Positions 38,690-44,363 of a stretch of 44,363 nucleotides of DNA are shown here, piece by piece. The notes under the pieces were generated by a model, which saw nothing but the letters and a program-made list of their open reading frames with translations, was not told where the DNA came from and ran no database searches. Made by a program: the position numbers and the translations under genes. Numbering within the stretch: the first letter of the stretch is position 1; the number at the start of each line of letters is the position of its first letter. Origin of the DNA: Clostridioides phage CD1801; sequence record MW512570.1; one strand, written 5' to 3'.

Positions 38690-39031
38690 ATGGCTAATAT
38701 ATATTGCGAAAATTATAATTGCGAAAATTACTTTGAAGATATGTGTATGCTTGAAAGAATTGAAATTAATAACCTGAAAGTGTGTGAAAGTTACATTGAA
38801 GGTAAAAATGAGCTATATAAATTAGAAAACGGATATACTATACATCCTAAAGATTTGAAAATGGTGAAAAGTAAAGATTATTCTGTTGAAGTTACTCATA
38901 TTCCAACTGGTATTACAGTAAAATGCCGTTCTACAAATAGTATTTTAAAAAATAAAAATAAGTGTTTGGAAGTTCTAGAAGAAGAATTAATAAAAATAAA
39001 CTCTCACTTAGAGCTAGAAGATTTACGCTAA
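38690..39031 (+). CDS. Hypothetical Cys-containing protein.
   Basis: ORF with an SD. Confidence 0.3.
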   Translation: MANIYCENYNCENYFEDMCMLERIEINNLKVCESYIEGKNELYKLENGYTIHPKDLKMVKSKDYSVEVTHIPTGITVKCRSTNSILKNKNKCLEVLEEELIKINSHLELEDLR

Positions 39032-39046
39032 ATAGGAAGTGATTTT

Positions 39047-39166
39047 ATGAAACGAAGAAGATGCAGTTGGTGTGGCAAGTTATTTTATCTTAAGGAAAAA
39101 TCTAAGGATGTTTATTGTTGTAAGAAATGTGAGAGAAAAGCTAAGAAGGTGAAAAATGAAAATTAA
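39047..39166 (+). CDS. 39-aa Zn-ribbon peptide.
   Basis: Motifs CSWCG...CCKKC. Overlaps the rusA start. Not in the ORF track. Confidence 0.3.
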   Translation: MKRRRCSWCGKLFYLKEKSKDVYCCKKCERKAKKVKNEN

Positions 39167-39599
39167 TTTTGTAATAGATGGAGAACCAAAGGCGAAGGCA
39201 CGTCCTAGAATGAGTACGGCAAATGGTAAGGCTTATACACCTGACCAAACTGTACTCTATGAAAATTGGATTAGACTCATGTACAACTCTACAGTAAAGC
39301 ATTTCTTTGAGGGTAATGTGAAAATGACAGTTATTTGTTACTTTGACATTACTAAAAAAGATAGAGAAGCACTAAAGAAAAATAAGGTAAATACTAAAGC
39401 GTATAAGGATGCTATAGGCAAGGTAGAAGGGTTAATAAGACCAAACAAGAAACCCGATTTAGACAATATAATCAAGTCTGTAGCTGACAGCTTGAATGGT
39501 ATAGCTTATAAAGATGATTCTCAAATAGTAGAAGTAGTGAGTAAGAAATATTACAGTGATAGACCAAGAGTTGAAGTTGAATTGGAGGATATTATTTAA
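39156..39599 (+). CDS. rusA: RusA-family Holliday junction resolvase.
   Basis: KAKARPR...DLDNIIKSVADSLNGIAYKDDSQI is typical of RusA. Confidence 0.7.
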   Translation: MKINFVIDGEPKAKARPRMSTANGKAYTPDQTVLYENWIRLMYNSTVKHFFEGNVKMTVICYFDITKKDREALKKNKVNTKAYKDAIGKVEGLIRPNKKPDLDNIIKSVADSLNGIAYKDDSQIVEVVSKKYYSDRPRVEVELEDII

Positions 39600-39700
39600 C
39601 TAACAAAAAAATCCGTTCGTTAGAGTATAGACTTAGTTTTTCATAAAAATGTGAAAAAGTTAAATAAAGAATATATCAAATGATAAAGGAGAGATAGGTT

Positions 39701-40555
39701 ATGAATGAAAATATAAATAAAGAAATAACAGTACTTGGAACTTTAGAAATCGAGGGAATGAAATTTCATAACATTGAGGGTGGATTTGGAGAACATAAGA
39801 AAGCAATGCTAGTAAAAGATATAGCTGAGATACATAATAGAGAACTTAAACATATAAATGAGCTAATTAATAATAATATAAAGAGATTTAAAACAAATAT
39901 AGATATTATAGATTTAAAAGTGAGTCGTTCTGAACGACTAGGTGATTTAAAGGCTAATCCTTCAAAAGGATTAGGTTGCGAGGATGTTGGGTATAGTAAA
40001 CAATCTTTTAATCAGTCAAGAAATGTTTACTTGTTATCTGAAAGAGGTTATTCAAAACTACTTAAAATATTGGAGGATGATATAGCTTGGGAACAATACG
40101 AGAAAATAGTTGATGGATATTTCTCTATGAGAAAAGAATTAAATAATCCTCTTTTAAGTGCATCAAAGGAGTTACAGGCTATATTTATGCTAGATAAGAA
40201 ACAAGAAGTCTTAGAAACTAAAATAGAGAATGTTAATGAGAAGTTAGAGAACTTTATGGATGATGCACCATTATTCAATATCGAGTGTGAGTGTATTGTT
40301 AAAGAGGTTAAGAGAGTAGCAACAAAATCACTTGGTGGACATGGAAGTAAGGCTTATAAAAATAAATCTTTAAGAGGTAAAGTTTATAGTGATATATACC
40401 ATCAGATTAAACGAGAATTTGGAGTAGATAGTTATAAGGCTATAAAGCGTTGTCAATTAGATAAAGTATTAGAGATTGTAAATAGTTATAAGTTACCTAT
40501 AGTGTTTGAAGAAGAAATAAGACTTTTGAATAGTCAATTATCAATTGTGAGTTAA
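39701..40555 (+). CDS. Antirepressor-like regulatory protein (ORF6C-type C-terminal domain).
   Basis: The C-terminal region KSLRGKVYSDIYHQIKREFGVDSYKAIKRCQLDKVLEIV resembles the ORF6C domain. Confidence 0.4.
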   Translation: MNENINKEITVLGTLEIEGMKFHNIEGGFGEHKKAMLVKDIAEIHNRELKHINELINNNIKRFKTNIDIIDLKVSRSERLGDLKANPSKGLGCEDVGYSKQSFNQSRNVYLLSERGYSKLLKILEDDIAWEQYEKIVDGYFSMRKELNNPLLSASKELQAIFMLDKKQEVLETKIENVNEKLENFMDDAPLFNIECECIVKEVKRVATKSLGGHGSKAYKNKSLRGKVYSDIYHQIKREFGVDSYKAIKRCQLDKVLEIVNSYKLPIVFEEEIRLLNSQLSIVS

Positions 40556-40697
40556 GACAGGAATAGATTTTTCTCCTTTAAAGGGGAAAACCTGCAATAG
40601 TTAATTAAAAGAGAAAAGGAGTGCTTTCACACTCCACTTGTCAAAAATATAAAACTTTTATCCAAGATTATTATAACATAAACAGGAGTGTGGAAGT

Positions 40698-41186
40698 ATG
40701 GATAATAATATTAATAAAAAAGAACTATTTAAAAAAGTAGAAGGTAGACTACATCATTATAAATTTTTAAGTGCAGAAATTAAAAATCTTGAATTAGATA
40801 TAGAAAGTAGAGAAAATGAAATATTTGGTTGTAAGGCTATCGGGTATGGTGAAAAAGTAAGTCCAACATATGCTTTTAATTCAACTGTTGAGAATGAGAT
40901 TATAAAAAAAGAAAGAGATATTGCTAGATTAAAAAAACTGAAAAAAGATAAAGAAATAGAAAAGAAGAAAATAGAAAATGCACTTACATGCTTAGATATA
41001 AGAGAAGAACATTTTTTTAAACTGTTTTATAATAGCAGAATGAAAAATAGTATGGTTTATATATCCTTAGAAATGAACTCAGATAGGAAAACATGTAGAT
41101 GTGTAAGGGAAAGATTAGTGTATAAAGTTATGGATATGCTTTATCCAAGAATTAAGGAAAATGAACTCCCATTATTTAAAAATTAG
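40698..41186 (+). CDS. ArpU/RinA-family late transcriptional activator.
   Basis: Size, basic charge and placement immediately upstream of the packaging genes. Confidence 0.5.
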   Translation: MDNNINKKELFKKVEGRLHHYKFLSAEIKNLELDIESRENEIFGCKAIGYGEKVSPTYAFNSTVENEIIKKERDIARLKKLKKDKEIEKKKIENALTCLDIREEHFFKLFYNSRMKNSMVYISLEMNSDRKTCRCVRERLVYKVMDMLYPRIKENELPLFKN

Positions 41187-41710
41187 AAAATTCCCCAGTT
41201 TTTCCCCAGAAATTCCCACTTTATTCCCTACTTTCTCCCCGTTTTGATTAAAAAAGCATGAGATAATAGTATTGTGGAAATAAAGATTTCCCTCTCAAAA
41301 CTTAATATTTGACTAGGGTTAAGGGATTGCCCTAGTCACTATGAACAGACTAGGCAGGGCATGAGGATGCTGTTAGTTCAATTCTAACTATGTTCAAAGG
41401 TAAATGACTTAACATACCACTAAAAAACAGAGAAATTGAGGGCGAAATTTTATATTTTGTATCTTAATTCAGAAGTCTAAAAACCGAGTGGGGCTTGGTA
41501 ACCTCACTCACCATGCAAGTGTTGGTACATTATTCTAAGTTCGATTCTTAGAACTTGCTCCCTTAATAATATGTATCTCCCATTAAAAAGGCTTAGATTA
41601 ATTTCTAGGTCTTTTTTTATACAATTTTAATCCCTCATATTGAGGGGGCGAAAATAAGGGTATTCAAATTGAACACCTTTTATACAATAAATTAAAAGGA
41701 GAATGATATT

Positions 41711-41899
41711 ATGGAGATTAAGAAAAACACACAAGATGTAGTATCAGAAAGAAAAAATTCCCTAGATTCTGAATTCAAGATACCTGCAAGTGGTGTATGT
41801 TATATGGTTGAGTTCATACAAGAATCTAGGAAAATTATAAAAGAATTAGATAAACATTTTGAAAGTTGTTTAGATGTTTTATCTAAGGCAAGACTTTAG
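41711..41899 (+). CDS. Hypothetical small protein.
   Basis: SD AAAAGGAG. Its 3' end overlaps the convergent ORF by 21 bp. Confidence 0.35.
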   Translation: MEIKKNTQDVVSERKNSLDSEFKIPASGVCYMVEFIQESRKIIKELDKHFESCLDVLSKARL

Positions 41900-42196
41900 A
41901 TATTTTGAATATGCTGTGTCAAGCATAGTTTGCCAATTTGGAAAATCAGTATTTTCAACTATAAAAGAATCAAATTCATTATCAGGAATAGCTAAAAAGT
42001 CTTCTTCTGAATTGACTATGTAACCTCCAAATGTAAGTAGTTCATCAAAAGAATCAAAATTAGTGTGTTGGTTCATAAATTTCTTGTTGAGAATTATTGT
42101 GCGAATTTTATCAAATTCAGATTTTGAATTTTGTTCTATTTTCTCAATTTTCTTTTGAAATCGTTTTAAATTTTTGATGTCAACATTTTTACTCAT
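41879..42196 (-). CDS. Hypothetical 105-aa protein.
   Basis: Strong SD (AAGGAGGTG) on the minus strand. Divergent from the 42323 gene. Confidence 0.45.
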   Translation of the reverse strand: MSKNVDIKNLKRFQKKIEKIEQNSKSEFDKIRTIILNKKFMNQHTNFDSFDELLTFGGYIVNSEEDFLAIPDNEFDSFIVENTDFPNWQTMLDTAYSKYLKSCLR

Positions 42197-42322
42197 AATA
42201 ACACCTCCTTTCAGTAAAATTTTAGCATAATAACACAGCTTATTCTTCGATTGTCGAACGATTGCTGGAGGATATTATGTTTTAGTGTAGAAATTTATAT
42301 TTTGAAAGGAGAGGGAGCATTT

Positions 42323-43246
42323 ATGAATATAAGGGAAATAATGAATATTTTAAAACTGGAAAGGTCTGAAGTTAGATTATATTTCACTATGAAGAGGGGG
42401 ATAAATTACATAAGTTATTCTCCAACAATTGAAGATGGATTACAAGATTACTTGAAAAACTTAGTGTGCGAATATTTATTGAGATTTGAGGATATTGAGC
42501 AGGTTATGTTTAGTCCAATTGGATATAAAGATGAAACTATTGAAACTTGTGACATAGAATATATAGGATGTTATGAAAAAGTTATAGAAAGTTATAGAGA
42601 AGAAAATTTATCTAGAGATAATATTGAAAATAACATAATAAATAAATTGAATTTTTACTGTTTGAATATAAAATTTGAAGAAAATAATCAAGAAAAAGAA
42701 ATAAATTTTTTTAGAAGAGTAACGAAATTTAAAAAATTATCAAGTAAAGGTTTTATGGGTTTTATAAAAAATAATAGGTTTAAAAAATTAGATTCTAATT
42801 TATTAGGATTAGATGGTTTTATAGATATAGCTATATATGGTCAGGATGTTTTAATTTTTAATCATATTTCATTAGAGAGGATTTTCTCTATAGCAGATCA
42901 ATATTTAGAAAAGGCTCAAAATACTATAGATATAATAAGAGACATTAACAGGATAGATAACTTTGAACAATTTGAAGAAGATTGTTTAAATGATAGAAGA
43001 ATTACAAGAACTTTGACTAAAATGTTAAGTGAAGAGGCACGACTAGAAAATTGCTTTGATAATTTTGCTAATGTCGTTAATGCAATTGACTTATTCCAAT
43101 TAGATATAAATATAGATAGAAATGGAGAAAGAGATAAAGTGATTTATGAAAATAAAGAACAATTAATGGACATAATAAGATTAGTAAGAGATTCTTATTA
43201 TAAGAGTATAATCCATGATAGAAAAGGAATTGATGATAGTATATAA
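42323..43246 (+). CDS. Unknown soluble protein (~307 aa). First gene of a candidate two-gene accessory/defence module.
   Basis: ATG after GAAAGGAGAGGG. The ORF track extends it to 42251. No recognisable phage-core function. Flanked by the late activator and terS. Confidence 0.45.
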   Translation: MNIREIMNILKLERSEVRLYFTMKRGINYISYSPTIEDGLQDYLKNLVCEYLLRFEDIEQVMFSPIGYKDETIETCDIEYIGCYEKVIESYREENLSRDNIENNIINKLNFYCLNIKFEENNQEKEINFFRRVTKFKKLSSKGFMGFIKNNRFKKLDSNLLGLDGFIDIAIYGQDVLIFNHISLERIFSIADQYLEKAQNTIDIIRDINRIDNFEQFEEDCLNDRRITRTLTKMLSEEARLENCFDNFANVVNAIDLFQLDINIDRNGERDKVIYENKEQLMDIIRLVRDSYYKSIIHDRKGIDDSI

Positions 43247-43268
43247 TTAAATAAAAGGAGGTGGTTGC

Positions 43269-43853
43269 ATGAATAGGTTGAACTATTTAAACATGAGAAT
43301 TAAAATGTTTATATCATCATACTTGCCTTTATACTTAATATTACTTACTATATATTCTGATAAAATTAATAGTTTTGATAAGATTAAGTTAATAATAAGA
43401 TTTGAAGATAAAATAGTTTCTTTATTTATAATAGCGGTATTTATCCTTGTAATCATCTCGTTTAGAACTTTAATTGATTTAAGAAGGACAAAAGGAAATG
43501 AAAATCATAAATTTGAGTTTTTTAATAAGACAGAGGATACAATAATTAGCTATATGATGACTTATATTGTTCCAATTTTATCTACAGATTTTCTTAGTAC
43601 AAAAACAATGACAATAAATTTAATTTTATATTCTTTAATCGGTTTAATGTATATTAAATTGAATCTTATATATTTAAATCCTTTGTGGTTATTGTTTGGA
43701 TATTCAGTTTACAAATCTGATAATGAAGTTGTCATCATAACCAATATACCTTATGGTAGATTAAAGACTCTAAGGAATACAAATCTAAAATCATCATATT
43801 TAGGTAATGATATTTATTTGATACAAAGAAGTGAAAATGACAATATAAACTAA
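43269..43853 (+). CDS. 4-TM membrane protein (194 aa), partner of 42323-43246.
   Basis: SD AAAGGAGGTGG. About four hydrophobic helices followed by a ~50-aa soluble C-terminal tail. The pair has its own terminator. Confidence 0.45.
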   Translation: MNRLNYLNMRIKMFISSYLPLYLILLTIYSDKINSFDKIKLIIRFEDKIVSLFIIAVFILVIISFRTLIDLRRTKGNENHKFEFFNKTEDTIISYMMTYIVPILSTDFLSTKTMTINLILYSLIGLMYIKLNLIYLNPLWLLFGYSVYKSDNEVVIITNIPYGRLKTLRNTNLKSSYLGNDIYLIQRSENDNIN

Positions 43854-43860
43854 CAAAAAC

Positions 43861-43892
43861 AGGACTCTAACCAGAGTTCTTTTTTATTCCCA
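43861..43892 (+). terminator. Rho-independent terminator.
   Basis: Stem AGGACTCT/AGAGTTCT with loop AACC, followed by TTTTTTATT. Confidence 0.5.
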
Positions 43893-43918
43893 AAACAAAC
43901 AAATAAAGAGGTGGTGAT

Positions 43919-44363
43919 ATGGCTAAATATGAATATTGGATAACAGAAGAAGGACTAATTAAGATTGAAGGATGGGCAAGAGATGGGCTTACAGATGAAC
44001 AGATAGCACTCAATATTGGAATAAATGTCAAAACACTATATGACTGGAAAAAGAAGTATAGTAATATTTGTAATGCCTTAAAAAAGGGAAAAGAAGTAAT
44101 TGATAGACAGGTTGAAAATGCTTTACTAAAAAGAGCATTAGGTTATGAATATGATGAGATAACATATGAAGAAGGTCAAGAAACTAAAAGAGTAACTAAA
44201 CAAGTAATGCCAGATGTTACGGCACAGATATTCTGGTTGAAAAATAGAAAACCAGTTGAATGGAGGGATAAACAAATAGTAGAATCAACTAATGAAATTA
44301 CAATAAATAATCCATTTAAAGAACTATCTACAGAAGAATTAAAAAGGTTGGCAAAATTAGATG
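43919..44363 (+). CDS. terS: Terminase small subunit, 3'-truncated by the window edge.
   Basis: SD AGAGGTGGTG. N-terminal HTH-like region (LTDEQIALNIGINVKTLYDWKKKY). Continues into terL if the record is circular. Confidence 0.6.
   Translation, partial: MAKYEYWITEEGLIKIEGWARDGLTDEQIALNIGINVKTLYDWKKKYSNICNALKKGKEVIDRQVENALLKRALGYEYDEITYEEGQETKRVTKQVMPDVTAQIFWLKNRKPVEWRDKQIVESTNEITINNPFKELSTEELKRLAKLD

Noticed and set aside
41505-41562. A canonical tRNA gene around the perfect T-arm CTAAG-TTCGATT-CTTAG.
   Set aside because: Only ~13 nt lie between the putative acceptor 5' strand and the T-arm, so there is no room for D and anticodon arms. At most it is a tRNA-like mini-helix.
1-44363. Prophage-host junctions (attL, attR) or host genes.
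   Set aside because: Every ORF is phage-like and a single attP-like site sits beside the integrase. The window looks like a free or circularised phage genome.

Overview
The window reads as a complete, very AT-rich temperate myovirus genome of the Clostridioides difficile PBSX/phiCD119 type, linearised at the terminase genes. terL starts at base 1 and a 3'-truncated terS runs off the end of the window, so the record is probably circular or permuted. The C. difficile assignment rests on a CD27L-like amidase endolysin and a mini-array of C. difficile type I-B-like CRISPR repeats.

Gene order, all on the + strand unless noted:
- terL, then a portal gene split by a ~770-nt ORF-less insertion carrying group-I-intron core elements.
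- gp7-like head morphogenesis protein, scaffold, major capsid, head-tail connector proteins.
- Tail sheath, tail tube, and an XkdN-like tail chaperone with a -1 frameshift site (A_AAA_AAC) that opens a GT-like extension ending at the tape-measure start.
- Tape measure, then a moron: a Zn-ribbon/SHOCT protein with its own promoter and terminator, a 3-repeat CRISPR mini-array, and a ~49-aa type-I-toxin-like peptide.
- XkdP (LysM), an XkdQ-like tail lysin with 3D and NlpC/P60 domains, and the baseplate proteins XkdR, XkdS, J (XkdT) and XkdU.
- Tail fibres, XkdX, XhlA, holin and the amidase endolysin.

The accessory island after lysis holds a minus-strand HTH protein, two copies of the same palindrome-containing promoter, acidic small proteins, an AP2/Cys-repeat protein, and a three-unit tandem array with CRISPR geometry and repeat-like cores, ending at a bidirectional terminator. 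A second toxin-peptide locus follows it.

The lysogeny module runs leftward: an attP-like inverted repeat abutting a large serine recombinase, an ImmA peptidase and a CI-like repressor. Opposite them sit a Cro-like protein and an ORF6N antirepressor.

The early/replication region carries a RecT-like protein, a replisome organiser, YopX, many small Zn-ribbon proteins, RusA, an ORF6C antirepressor-like protein and an ArpU/RinA-like late activator.

Between the late activator and terS lies a ~2.7-kb accessory insert. It has a structured non-coding stretch, two convergent overlapping small genes, and a soluble ~307-aa protein paired with a 4-TM protein. This pair is an unassigned candidate defence/exclusion module.
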